Assembly (NCBI GenBank): GCA_965209055.1
Contig: OZ242374.1
Coordinates: forward strand, 4,704,001 to 4,768,000
Length of the DNA stretch: 64,000 nucleotides
Direction of reading: 5' to 3'
Origin: Acidobacteriota bacterium
GTDB lineage: Bacteria > Acidobacteriota > UBA6911 > RPQK01 > JAJDTT01
Shown here: one piece after another, positions 40,209-50,845 of the stretch
Layout of the letters: each line of letters starts with the position of its first letter
How positions within the stretch are numbered: the stretch's first letter is position 1
Translations under genes and position numbers: made by a program
Notes under the pieces: model-generated
Told to the model about the DNA's origin: nothing
What the model saw: only the letters and a program-made list of their open reading frames with translations
The model's database searches: none

Positions 40209-41222
40209 TTAGGGAACATCTGACCAATTCGGCCAGAGTCGCTGCGTTGGCTCCTCGAACAGAATCCGGCGCAGAACATCGATCCTGTGACAATAAGAGA
40301 GACCCACGTGCAGTTTGTACAGTTCGCCGCTCTCATGGTTGTCGTTCCGTATGTGACCGGACATAATCCCTACCAAGTGGGAACGACGGTGCCTTTCCGT
40401 CACCTGGCGCTCGCCGCCCGCGAGCTTCATTGTAAGGTGGTCGAAGAAGGGATGACCTGTCGGATAGGTCATGATAGGAGCGCCCGAGCTGCCTGCAAAC
40501 GACTGCGCCTCCAACAGGTAGATGTCGTCCTTGTCTATGTCTGGCGACTGGAAGCCACCCTTGGGGTCGCTGGATATACGGCCAGATCGAAGTATGGGAT
40601 AGCCGTTCGTCCAAGGCTGTATGGAAGTAAAGGCTACCTCGGCGCCCCATGGGAGACTGCCGCACATTTGCGCATCTTCCGTGATGTTGCGAACGTCCAA
40701 CGCGTTCAGCGTGGCGCTCGTCTTCTTCAGCGATGCGGTGGTCCCAACAAGACCACGGGCGTCCCCGATTCCGATGGCGAGCAGGGCGATGTCGAGCCTG
40801 TCGTTCTTGGGAACCAAAACGCTGAAGTCTCCGCGCGGGAGAACGGCTGGCGTGAGTCGCTCCCCTTCCTCGCCGAACATCTGAACCCGGACTTCAGACA
40901 GGTTCCAGGCGTACTCGCCAGCGTGATTGTAGGCAAAATCCACAACGTGGCGACAGGTCACGAGTACGGGCAAACTGCTGCCTCCTGCGGGCTCAGGCGT
41001 GTCAGGGGGAAGTAACCGGAGCTTTTTTATCAACACGCCGAGTCGAGGGTGTGCCGCTGAGTCCAACCGGAGGAGAAACCCGGAGCCCCGACCTGACTTT
41101 ACAGCGTCATGCCTTGTGAACGACACGTCGATTGCGGTGACCAAGGAAAGGAACCTCCTTGAGATCGAGGAGTACGGTTTGACGACAACGCCACCGTTGC
41201 CTGGTTCCTTGGCGATGGTCAT
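40209..41222 (-). CDS. Stand-alone trypsin-like serine protease
   Basis: GSGFLL, VTCRHVV (His), DIALL (Asp), AGSSGAP (Ser); no signal peptide. Confidence 0.75.
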   Translation of the reverse strand: MTIAKEPGNGGVVVKPYSSISRRFLSLVTAIDVSFTRHDAVKSGRGSGFLLRLDSAAHPRLGVLIKKLRLLPPDTPEPAGGSSLPVLVTCRHVVDFAYNHAGEYAWNLSEVRVQMFGEEGERLTPAVLPRGDFSVLVPKNDRLDIALLAIGIGDARGLVGTTASLKKTSATLNALDVRNITEDAQMCGSLPWGAEVAFTSIQPWTNGYPILRSGRISSDPKGGFQSPDIDKDDIYLLEAQSFAGSSGAPIMTYPTGHPFFDHLTMKLAGGERQVTERHRRSHLVGIMSGHIRNDNHESGELYKLHVGLSYCHRIDVLRRILFEEPTQRLWPNWSDVP

Positions 41223-41504
41223 GTCCTATCTGTCCTTCTCTGAGTTGTGAAAAATGGCTCTTCACCTGGCGTGGTGGGCGGGGAGCATCCGAAGCTGAAT
41301 CATAGGGCGGGCTGGAGGGCTTTCGCAAGCGATGCGGTGTGACGGCGACGTGAGGGGGGAGGCGCGTAGGAATCGGGCGTACCGCCGACGCGACGAGGGA
41401 TCCTCTCGACCTCTCCACGCACAAAGGCTCGGTCTGGCCACCCAGGCCACGGGTACTGCTGCTGGACGGGGAGGAGTCGGACGGGCTACCTTTCAGGATC
41501 GCGC

Positions 41505-42005
41505 GGCTCATAGGAGATTGCGTGGTGAGGCTGCGGAGCGTCCGCCCGCAGCACCTGTCCCACAATGAGACGGAAAGGCAGTGACTGACATGGCCGGGAG
41601 GGACTTGCTGGACGCCGTTCTGGGCCTCGGACCGGAGTGGAAAGTCACGAAGGTGGAGCAGTCGCGGAAACCGAAGGAACTTCGAGTCGAGTTGCAACGG
41701 ACGCGACGGAGCCCGTTGAGGTGTCCTCACTGCGGCGAGGCATGCCCAGGCTACGATACGCGCCGCCGCAAGTGGCGGAACCCTGACGCATGGGGCTACA
41801 AAACCTTCATGGTCTGCATTGTCCCGCAGGTCGAATGCCCGGAGCACAGTGTGGTTACAATCCAGGTGCCCTGGGCGGAGGGGAGTTCGAGATATACTGC
41901 CCAGTTCGAGGCGGAAGTCATCGGGTGGCTGAAGGAAGCGAGCGTCAAGGCAGTTGCCGGGCGGATGCGGCTGAGCTGGAACGCGGTGGATGGAATCATG
42001 CAACG
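41505..42005 (+). mobile_element. Truncated ISL3-family insertion sequence (left end plus transposase N-terminus, 41581-42005)
   Basis: GGCTC-starting end at 41505; CPHCG zinc finger, R.WR, C.EH, VPWAE..SRYT..FE; similarity stops at the junction motif. Confidence 0.8.
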
Positions 42006-42028
42006 GAGCAGAAAAGGTAACTGTCCCC
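42006..42028 (+). repeat. Junction motif copy 2
   Basis: GAGCAGAAAAGGTAACTGTCCCC, 22/23 identical to 43320-43342. Confidence 0.8.
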
Positions 42029-42481
42029 GTCTTAGCGGTTTCCACCGTCGAAGGGTTGGCGACCGATCCGCCGTGGACGGACGCACAGTAGAGACTGATC
42101 GAGAGTGCCCCCGCTTGGCTTGAGCGGACGCATCGCGACGGCGAAGAGGTCGGCCAGGTCGCCAAGGCGATTCGCGGAATACGACCCGAGAGCATCCGTC
42201 AGCGGATACGGAAGATGCTTGATTCAAATGACCTGTCGGACTTGTGGCGGGATTGGGACGCCCTGTACGGGAAGCGGAGCCGCTTGTTCCACGGTGGCAA
42301 GAAGGACGGCGGCGAGCACCGGGGCGAACACTTGGAGGAATCCGAGCTTCACGCCTTGAGTCAAGAGGCATTGACGCTCTGTGGCAGGATCGTCCTGTCC
42401 ATGGCAAAGCGAGAATGGATTCCAGTTCCCGACCGAGCTAGCGTGCATTTCGGTGTCGATCCCCGCGAGGCCCCGGCATGA
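42029..42481 (+). pseudogene. 5'-truncated HEPN (ApeA-like) gene with an in-frame TAG
   Basis: Frame reads VLAVSTVEGLA...Q*RLIE...ESIRQRI...LYGKRSRLFHG (RX4H); TAG at 42089-42091. Confidence 0.6.
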
Positions 42482-43209
42482 GCCGGAGCGAAGAGCGCGC
42501 GCGGTTCATTGACCGCTACGATGCCCTGCGCGGAGTCACGCTGAGAATCGCCAACGAACTGACCCCCAACGGCACGCAGGTTTTTCCATGGCCTCTTCTG
42601 ACCCGAAGCTCCATCAGTTTGGGACTCGATGAGGTCGCCAGCTTGGTCTGGGAGAACGAATCTGCGCACCGCCGCGACCACCTCATCGGCGTGCATCTCG
42701 CCATGCTTGAGAGCTACCTGTACCGGCACGGATATGTCGAAACCGGCCATTTCATCAGGATACAGGCGGGGAACTACCGCGTCGCGACGGAGGAAGTGAA
42801 GCAGTCGATCATCTCGAACGGGTTCCCAATTCGGGTCGCAACGGTTTCCAGCGCAGAGGAGTTGGAGGCGGCCACTCCGTTGCGCCGTGTCAGCGACGGG
42901 GAGTACTCGCAGACGTACGAGAAGTTGTCCGAAGCGTGGGGCGGTCTCCGCCAGAAGGAGATGGCCGAGGCTATGGAGGCGAACCTGAGGTCGATCCACG
43001 AGTTGCTGCCCCGGCACAAGATCGGAGACGATTTTCGTCGAGAGCGGCGCGAACGGATGGAGCCGTTACCCCTGTATGTTCGTAACGAAATCCACCATCC
43101 GACGAAGGGGCCGTTACTGCAGACGGAGGGGTTCCAGCAGGACAAGCGCATCGGCTACGCGATCATGAAAGCGTGGTTGTCAAAGGACGACGCACGGAGA
43201 TCGCCCTGA
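42478..43209 (+). CDS. Hypothetical protein with a C-terminal HEPN-like RX4H motif
   Basis: LPLYVRNEIHHP; ATGA overlap with the upstream fragment. Confidence 0.6.
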   Translation: MSRSEERARFIDRYDALRGVTLRIANELTPNGTQVFPWPLLTRSSISLGLDEVASLVWENESAHRRDHLIGVHLAMLESYLYRHGYVETGHFIRIQAGNYRVATEEVKQSIISNGFPIRVATVSSAEELEAATPLRRVSDGEYSQTYEKLSEAWGGLRQKEMAEAMEANLRSIHELLPRHKIGDDFRRERRERMEPLPLYVRNEIHHPTKGPLLQTEGFQQDKRIGYAIMKAWLSKDDARRSP

Positions 43210-43292
43210 CCCGGGGGACTTCGCGTCGCGCAGTGCCCCCCGCCCGCCCAGCGGGGGGCGACCAAGGGTGCTGGAAGGGTTCGCGTGACCGA

Positions 43293-46200
43293 CTACAGCC
43301 TTCTGGAGACCCAGAGGGCGAGCAGAAAAGGTGACTGTCCCCTCTCACGGGTCTCATATCCTTCACGGACCCCACGGCTGAAGAGCACGTCGAGACGGGC
43401 GGTGCCTGCTTGAGAGGCGAGGGCCGACACGCCTGCTTGTGGCAGGTCGCGCAGGATGCCTCTCACCTGCCGGGTGCTGGGATCGACCAGGACGTACAGG
43501 GGGATATCCGTGTCACTGTCGAGCGTCACCGACCCACCGGGTCCGGAGAGCGTGATGCTTGCCAGGCTCGCCTCCCGACCGGGCTCAACCGGGAGGACAA
43601 TGGCGAAGGATGAGCTCCCGTCACCGTCGGCCACCTCGGGCATGGCGAAGCCGACGGAAAAGAGCTCGTCGCCGCTCCCGCTCCGGCCGGTGATCCGGTG
43701 CTCACCGGTGGCCCTGGGCAGCTTGGAGGGGGCATCGACGACGAAGGACGGGTTGAGGAAGAGTTGGCCCTCCGCATCTATCCCGCCCCATAGGAGGAGG
43801 GACTTTGCTTCCTGAGCGATCAGGCTCGCGGTCCGGGTCGGCCCTTCGTCGGAGAGGCGAAAGCGGAGCGCGTTGGCGAAGTGATAGTCGCTGATCCACG
43901 ACGGCTCGCAGTAGCCCATCACGTCCGGCCGGCTTGGCGACGCCAATGTGCCCCCGTAGCGGAAGTCGTACCCCCAGGCGCCGATCGATCCACCCGGGGA
44001 CGGAAACGCCGGGTCCGGTCCCCCTGCGCCTCCGCAGGGAGCGTGGTAGAGGTTCAAGTTGTGGCCGAGTTCGTGAGCTATGGTAAACGGGTTTAGCCTC
44101 GAGATGAACGTCCGTCCGCCGAGGCCTGCCGCCGCTCCTGCCTGGCCTACCTTGCCCGGGCGCGAAATCGTTCCCATGTAGTGGCCGCTCCCGCCTTCCA
44201 TGGCCCGAATCGCTTCCGTCTCGTCGAGTAGCGGGAAATATTCGTCGGGCGAAGTCGAAGTCATCACGGATGCGTGGGCCGTCACTTCCAGGTCTCTTTT
44301 CGGCAGCAGCGTACGAGTATTCCACAGTAGCTCATGGCCCTCCGGGTCCGCCTCCATAGCCTCGGCTGCTTCCACGGCCCCCCGATGGGGGTCTTCGCTC
44401 CAGAGGAAGGGAATCACCGTCAGGTGCAGCACGGGCATCTCCCGCACATCGACCGCCATGCGGCCCGAGTCCGGGATTCGCCTTGCCGTCAAAAGACCGG
44501 GATCCAGCGTTCCGTCCGGGTCGATCTCGACCACCATCTCAAGACCCGGACGTATGATCTCGCCGGGGATCTCGGCGTTGGACGACCGGGCCAGATCTCC
44601 CTCGTAAACCTCGGTCGGGAGGACCGCCGTCCGCGCCGGAATGTCGGCCACATGGATCTCGGTTCCGTCCACGTAGAACCGGGCTCGCACGGAAGGGACG
44701 GCCGCCGTCGTGGGACTCGCGGCGGTGACGAACACCCGGAGCAGCGCCTTCTCTCCGGCAACCAGCGGAACCGGATACTTTCGTGACTGCACCGCCTGGA
44801 CGAGGTATGCAAAAGCCGCGCTATCACTCACACAAGTCGCAACGCGCAGCCGGTCGATGCCTCCGAGCCAATCCTGGAAGCCAGGATCCGACGGTGCGCA
44901 AAGATCCGTTCCGCCGGCCAAAAACGTTCTGAGCCGGCCAAGACCAGTCAATTCGGTTGGAAGGTTCCCCGCCAGGCCGGAGTTCCCCGAGAGATTCAGT
45001 TCCGTCAGGCTCGTGAGGCTGCCGAGCTCGGGCGGTATGGGCCCGCCCAGCCGATTGCGATTGAGAATCAACTCCGTCACGCGCCCCTGATTATCAACGG
45101 TGATCCCATGCCAGTCCCTGAGAGGCCGGCTGGTCCCCCAGTTCCCGCTCTCAAACCAGTCGGGTCCGCCGGTGGATTGGTATAACGCCATCAGCGCGTC
45201 CCGCTGGGAGACCACTACTACAGCCACTCTGACCGTTAAGGATGCCGTCCGCGTCTGACCGTCGGCGCCGCGCACCGTGATTTGGTACGTCGTCGTGGTG
45301 CGCGGCGACACCCTTCGCGAGCCCGCTGCCGGGACTGTGCCGAGGTCCGGTGAGATCTCCACGCTCTCCGCATTCGTCGACGACCACGTCAACGTGGCGC
45401 TCTCGCCCAAATTAATCGAGCTCGGAGCAACCGACAGCGTCACTGTCGGCGCAGGAGCTTGGCGGCCAGTCCCGTCTTCCCGAACCGCAAGCCCAGCGGG
45501 GCGAATTGCGAATCGTCCCCCGATCGAATGAACAGCAGACCCCGAAAGTCGCTCAGGAATCCCGTATTCACCACGGCGAGCCATTCCGAAAGCGTGAGCG
45601 CGTCCTGCCGGAAGTCTCCCCGTGGGATGAACACCCCGTTCAACGGGTCGTTCCCTTCCTCGTCGCGGAGGCGCAGCTCGACGTTCGGGGCGGCATCCGG
45701 TTTGAAGAAGGCCACCCCGGAGCCGATCGCCGACGATTCCTCAACGAACAGGGCGAAACGGCTTCCCAACTCCACGGGCTTCACGCTGGCCTCGACTCCC
45801 GTCTCGTCCTGCCGGTAGGTCAACAACCCGCTGACCGACGCCGAACCGGACTCGACCTCGATCCAGCCTCGCCGGATCGTTCCCGCGCCCGCGCTCTTCA
45901 GCACCCGGCTGCCCAACGACGGGATCTCGAAGGTCGATTCAGAATCGAACAGGTCCGAGACCGCCCGGCCGTCCTGGTCGAACACGTCCAGGTGGATCTC
46001 GGCGGCGTTCACCGCGTCGATGTTGCTCAGCGCCAACTGCACGGACCAGCCGCTTCCGTCTACAAAGTCCGGGAGGTAAAAGGTCGTCTTCTTCGGCTCC
46101 TGGGTCTCATCCCGGATGGCGGGAACCGACGAGAGCGATTGGTTCCTCTTCCCGAACCGAAGTCCCAGCGGGGCGAAGGTCGATTCGTCCCCGGTCAGCA

Positions 46201-46795
46201 GCAACAGGAGACCCCGGAAGTCGCGCAGGAACTCCTTGTTGATCCCTTCCGCCGTGAACCATTCCGGAAGCGTGAGAGCCTCTTGGTGAAAGTCTCCCCG
46301 GGAGACGAACAATCCCTCCAACGGGTCGTCTCCCTCTTCGTCCCGGACCCGGAGCTGGAAGCTGGAAGAGGGATTCGGCTTAAAGACCGCCACTCAGGCG
46401 CCCACGTCGGCGGACTCCTCGACGAACAGGGCGAAACGGCCGACCAATTCGGCCGATTCCACGCTCACCTCGATCCCGGTCGTCCCCTCCCTGTAGGTCA
46501 GCAGCCCGCTGACCGAGTCCGTCCCGGTCCGGACCCGGATCCAACCCCGCCGAATGTCTTCCGTGCCCGAGCTCCTCAACACCCAGCTGCCCAGGGGCGG
46601 GACCTCGAAAGTCAATCCCGAATCGAACAGAGACTTCTCCACCTGCTCCTGAGTCTGGTTCCGGATCGAATCTTCGTACGGGGATCGAGCGTTCTCCAAC
46701 GGCTGGGCGGGTCTTTGCTCCGAATGCGCGGCCGGCAACTGCAACAAGACGAACAAGGGAACCCAGATATTCTTCATGGTGATTCGAGCATCCAC
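43293..46795 (-). pseudogene. Disrupted large secreted protein: repeat domains, Ig-like, LRR and HExxH metallopeptidase (M66-like)
   Basis: Three ORF pieces; in-frame TGA 46394-46396; frameshift near 45470; plant-type LRR (L.LNRNRLGGPIPPELGSL); IAHELGHNLNLYH. Confidence 0.75.
43320..43342 (+). repeat. Junction motif copy 3
   Basis: GAGCAGAAAAGGTGACTGTCCCC. Confidence 0.8.
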
Positions 46796-47159
46796 ATGGT
46801 CACATGGGGTTCATCTCACAAGAAACTATGAGGAACGAGGAGTTAGCAAGGAGGAAGTAATTTATTGGACAGTATATCCGAAGCAGAAAACTGTCCCCAT
46901 CCCTGCTCCGCTCGACGATGTTTCGGGTGATGCGGCGGCGATCCTTTAACAACCCCTTCCCAATCCGACGAGCCCATTGTTGTCAATGTCTGATTCGACT
47001 CCAGACCCGCTTGAATCGCTTCGAACTATTCCACGATTTTCGTTGCTCTCCTCACCGTCTTCCCAGGTAATTTTGCCACGCTCTCTAATCTCACCAACCG
47101 CCATGCGCCGCTTGATACTTGACCTGCGGGATTCTACGATTCAGCCAAACTGAGGAACG

Positions 47160-48302
47160 TTGCTCATGACCATTCTCCAAAAACGACTCCTGCTGGTTGC
47201 CGGGCTGCTCGCGGCTGCGGGACTGATCTGGGTTCCGATGGCCGGCAGCGCCGGCAGCGCCATTCCCGACATCTCGGGAAAGATCCTGACGGTGAGGGGA
47301 CCCATCGACCCGGGGATGGTGGGGCCCACCATCATGCATGAGCACGTCCTCCTCGACTATCGCGGAAGGCCGAAGGAGGGGCTTACGGCCACTGAAGCGG
47401 CTTTCTACGAGCAGCCCGTCTCCCTCAGGAACCTGAGCCGGCTGCGCTCCTGGGTCTCGCCCAACGCGGACAACCTGATTCTGGGCGACGTGGACGTGGC
47501 CATTCGCGAAGTGCTGGAGTTCAAGCGCTGGGGCGGCAGCGGGATCGTGGACTGCACCAGCATCGGACTGGGGCGCGACCCGACGGGTCTGCTGCAGGTC
47601 TCCAACGCCACCGGGCTCCACATCGTCATGGGCGCCGGCTGGTATACCCACCCCTTCCATCCAGCAGACATGGGTTCCCGGACGGTAGAGGAACTGACCG
47701 AGATCATCATCAAGGACATCACCGTTGGAGCCGAGAGCACGGCGGTCCGGTCCGGCATCATCGGTGAAGTGGGCGTGGGAAATGCACTCAATCCCAATGA
47801 ACTCAAAAGCACCCGGGCCGCCGCCCGCGCCAGCCGGGCCACCGGCGCCGCCATTTCCTTTCACCACGCCGGTCGCGGCGAGCAGAAATTCACCGTCCTG
47901 GACATGGTGGAGGCGGAGGGCGCCGATCTGAACCGGGTCATCATTGGTCACTCCAACCACATCGCCACCCAGATCCCCTACATGAAGCGCCTCTTGGAGC
48001 GGGGGGTCTACATCCAATTCGACCTCATGGGAGAGGTGATCCCCCGGCTGGGACGGATCCACGACTATGATACGGTCCGGTCCATCGTCCAACTGGTCCG
48101 GGACGGATACGCGGACCGGTTGCTCCTCTCACAGGACGTCTGCACCAAGACCATGATGAAGACGTACGGGGGCCAGGGGTTTTCCTTCGTGATGGAGTTC
48201 GTCCTGCCCGAGTTGAGACGCCTGGGAGCACCGGAGGAGGCGCTCCATCAGATCATGGTGGAGAACCCGCGCCGGGTTCTGACCTTCGCCAAGCCGGGAT
48301 AG
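47160..48302 (+). CDS. Phosphotriesterase-related amidohydrolase, secreted
   Basis: TVRGPI, MHEH, GLGRD, IIGEVG, GHS, LLSQD. Confidence 0.9.
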   Translation: MLMTILQKRLLLVAGLLAAAGLIWVPMAGSAGSAIPDISGKILTVRGPIDPGMVGPTIMHEHVLLDYRGRPKEGLTATEAAFYEQPVSLRNLSRLRSWVSPNADNLILGDVDVAIREVLEFKRWGGSGIVDCTSIGLGRDPTGLLQVSNATGLHIVMGAGWYTHPFHPADMGSRTVEELTEIIIKDITVGAESTAVRSGIIGEVGVGNALNPNELKSTRAAARASRATGAAISFHHAGRGEQKFTVLDMVEAEGADLNRVIIGHSNHIATQIPYMKRLLERGVYIQFDLMGEVIPRLGRIHDYDTVRSIVQLVRDGYADRLLLSQDVCTKTMMKTYGGQGFSFVMEFVLPELRRLGAPEEALHQIMVENPRRVLTFAKPG

Positions 48303-48354
48303 TCCGATTCGATGGGCCGCCGGCCCCTGGCCGGAGCGCCGTGACGAACCGGGA

Positions 48355-49722
48355 TCACTGCTTGATCACGGTTCCATCCCGCCGCCGAATCACGCCCCAG
48401 CCGCCGTTGTACTCTTTCCTCTCCCCCGACTCGAAACTTCCGAAGGGATACTTGCGCGCCGCCGCTTCGTCCACCTCGATACCCCAGCCGGGCTTCTCGC
48501 TGGCGAACAGGTAGCCGTTCCGGTATTCGGGGCAGCCCTGGAACACCTCCAGTTCACGCTCCGAGAAGCCGGGAAACTCCTGGATGCCGAAGTTGTAGCA
48601 GGCCAGATCCAGCGCCACGTTGCCCGCATGTCCGATCGGCGAGACGTCCCCGGGACCGTGCCAGGCGGTTCGGACACCGAAAAGCTCCCCCAGGGCCGCG
48701 ATCTTGCGGCAGGGCGTGAGGCCCCCGGCCTGGGAAATGTGGATACGGATATAGTCGAAGAGCCTCTCGGAAATGAGGGGAATCCATTCGTGAGGACTGT
48801 TGAAGAGCTCTCCCATGGCGATGGGCGTGGTGGAGTGGCGGCGGATCAGCCGGAAGTACGCGATATCCTCGGGAGAGACGGGGTCCTCCAGGAAAAAGAG
48901 GCGAAACTGCTCCACGTCCTTGCAGAGCTGGAGCGCCTGGGTGGGGGTGATCCGTTCGTGGACGTCGTGGAGCAGCTCCACTTCTTCGCCCAACTGCTTC
49001 CGGCATTCCTCGAACAGGGACAGGATCCGGCGGATATAGGGAGCCGGCTCGAAAACCGGGTCGTCGTGCAGCTTCGCCACGGGGCGTCCCCCGGAGTGGC
49101 CTCCGTATCCGGACATCCCGGGCACACCCACTTGGACCCGGACGTGGCGGACGCCATCTTCCATGAAGGCCCGGGCCTTTTCGATGACCTCCCCGATCTC
49201 GGCGCCGCTGGCATGGCGGTAGCAGTCGGCCGCCTCGCGGCATTTTCCGCCCAGGAGCTGATAGACCGGCAACCCCGCCTGGCGGCCCTTGATGTCCCAG
49301 AGGGCCATGTCCACCCCGCTGATGGCATTGTTCAGGACCGGGCCGTTCCGCCAGTAGGAGCTGTTGTAGCAGGCCTGCCAGGTGTCATCGATCCGGTCGG
49401 CCGGCTTGCCCACCAGAAACGGCTTTAGGTACTGCTCCACCGCGGGAACCACCAGGTCGGCCCGCTGCGTGAAGGTGGCGCATCCATAGCCGTAGAGGCC
49501 ATCCTGGTCGGTGAGGACCTTCACCACCACCAGACGCAGACCCCTGGGGGCGGTGGCAATGACCTGGATGTCCCGAATCCGGGGAGGCGGCATTCCCCGG
49601 GTCCTCTTCTCCACGAGTGCCCGAGCTTCGATTTCCTTCGAGGAAACGACGCCCGAGAGGGCGCCGGCAGCCAAACCGCCCAGAAGTCCACGTCTGTGCA
49701 TTTTCCGCCTCCTTACCATCAA
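48355..49722 (-). CDS. Mandelate racemase-family sugar-acid dehydratase (RspA/ManD-like), Tat signal
   Basis: YWRNGP, DMALWDIKG, LLHDVHE, FLEDP, MGE, WHGP.DVSP. Confidence 0.9.
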   Translation of the reverse strand: MMVRRRKMHRRGLLGGLAAGALSGVVSSKEIEARALVEKRTRGMPPPRIRDIQVIATAPRGLRLVVVKVLTDQDGLYGYGCATFTQRADLVVPAVEQYLKPFLVGKPADRIDDTWQACYNSSYWRNGPVLNNAISGVDMALWDIKGRQAGLPVYQLLGGKCREAADCYRHASGAEIGEVIEKARAFMEDGVRHVRVQVGVPGMSGYGGHSGGRPVAKLHDDPVFEPAPYIRRILSLFEECRKQLGEEVELLHDVHERITPTQALQLCKDVEQFRLFFLEDPVSPEDIAYFRLIRRHSTTPIAMGELFNSPHEWIPLISERLFDYIRIHISQAGGLTPCRKIAALGELFGVRTAWHGPGDVSPIGHAGNVALDLACYNFGIQEFPGFSERELEVFQGCPEYRNGYLFASEKPGWGIEVDEAAARKYPFGSFESGERKEYNGGWGVIRRRDGTVIKQ

Positions 49723-49811
49723 GACATGTTTCGCGTGTTATTCGGACTCTCGTGCCGTAGTAGACTGGGCCGGAAAACGATGCGGGAAATCCCACGCCCG
49801 ACGAGCCGAGC

Positions 49812-50789
49812 ATGAAGACCCTGAACCGGCGCCGCTGGATCTCCGGCCTGGCTCTGACGGCCGCCGCCGGGCGCAGAGGCCTGGCCGCCCCGTCCGGACC
49901 CACTGTGGTCGACGCCCATGCCCATATCTGGTCGCCGGACCTCCGGAAGTATCCTCTGGCGCCGGGCCTGATCCGGGAGAACCTCTGGTTTCCCAGCTTC
50001 ACGGTGGAAGAGCTGGTCCAGAAGGGCACGCGGGCCAGAGTGACCCGCTACAACCTGATCCAGATGACCTGCTACGGTCTCGACCACAGCTATATCCTCG
50101 ATATCATCGCCAACGATCCCACGCGGTTCGTGGGGACCGGTATCGTTCCCGCCGTCAGCGACGTTTCCCTTCCCAGCCCCGACCGCACCATGAAGGCCCT
50201 GGCCCGAGGCGGCATCTACGCGTTCCGGATCCGCGGACGATCGACCCGTCCCGCCATGCGAAGTGGCGAACGCTGGATGGACCACCCGGGCTTCGACAAG
50301 ATGTTCGCCGCCGGAGCCCGCCACGACCTCTGCCTGAGTTTCCTCATGACTCCGGCAGACCTGCCCGAGTTGGATCGCATGTGCCGGCGTTTTCCCGAAA
50401 CTCCTGTGATCATCGACCACTTTTGCCTGATCGGCAAGCAGGCCAACCGGGTGGAAGAGGAGACCCGCGCGCTGTGCCGCATGGCCCGGCACCCCCGGGT
50501 CATGCTGAAGCTGGGCGCATTCTACGCCTTGGGCAAGAAACGCCCGCCTTACCTGGACATGCTCCCGCTGATTCGCCGGTTGGTGGATGCCTTCGGCCCC
50601 GACCGGTGCATGTGGGAGAGCGACGCTCCCTTGCAGACAAAGAACGGCCATACTTTCGAGGCCGCCGTCGCCGTGATCCGGGACCACGCCGATTTCCTCT
50701 CCTCCTCGGACAAGCAGCAGATCCTGTCCGGGACGGCCGAGAAGCTCTTTTTCCACCGAAGTCCCCCAGTCTCCGACGATGCAGCTTGA
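49812..50789 (+). CDS. Amidohydrolase_2 family (lactonase-like), Tat signal
   Basis: VDAHAH, IIDH, WESD.P. Confidence 0.88.
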   Translation: MKTLNRRRWISGLALTAAAGRRGLAAPSGPTVVDAHAHIWSPDLRKYPLAPGLIRENLWFPSFTVEELVQKGTRARVTRYNLIQMTCYGLDHSYILDIIANDPTRFVGTGIVPAVSDVSLPSPDRTMKALARGGIYAFRIRGRSTRPAMRSGERWMDHPGFDKMFAAGARHDLCLSFLMTPADLPELDRMCRRFPETPVIIDHFCLIGKQANRVEEETRALCRMARHPRVMLKLGAFYALGKKRPPYLDMLPLIRRLVDAFGPDRCMWESDAPLQTKNGHTFEAAVAVIRDHADFLSSSDKQQILSGTAEKLFFHRSPPVSDDAA

Positions 50790-50845
50790 AGGTGGCGGCG
50801 GAATCGCCGGGACTTTAGAATAGGTCGGCAAAAGGAGCACCTGCC

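Noticed and set aside
41256-41430. Possible ISL3-derived MITE starting GGCTCTTCACCTGGCGTGG
   Set aside because: Only one convincing end; no matching inverted repeat or target duplication could be confirmed by eye.
46394-46396. In-frame TGA as a possible selenocysteine codon, given selA in the window
   Set aside because: The aligned position in the internal repeat is Gly (IGSGVAFFKP versus VGA*VAVFKP), consistent with a GGA to TGA nonsense change, and the gene has other lesions.
39244-46898. Recurring motif as a CRISPR array or classical integron attC array
   Set aside because: Spacing is 1.3-3.5 kb and irregular, there are no cas or intI genes, and no RYYYAAC/GTTRRRY attC structure was seen.
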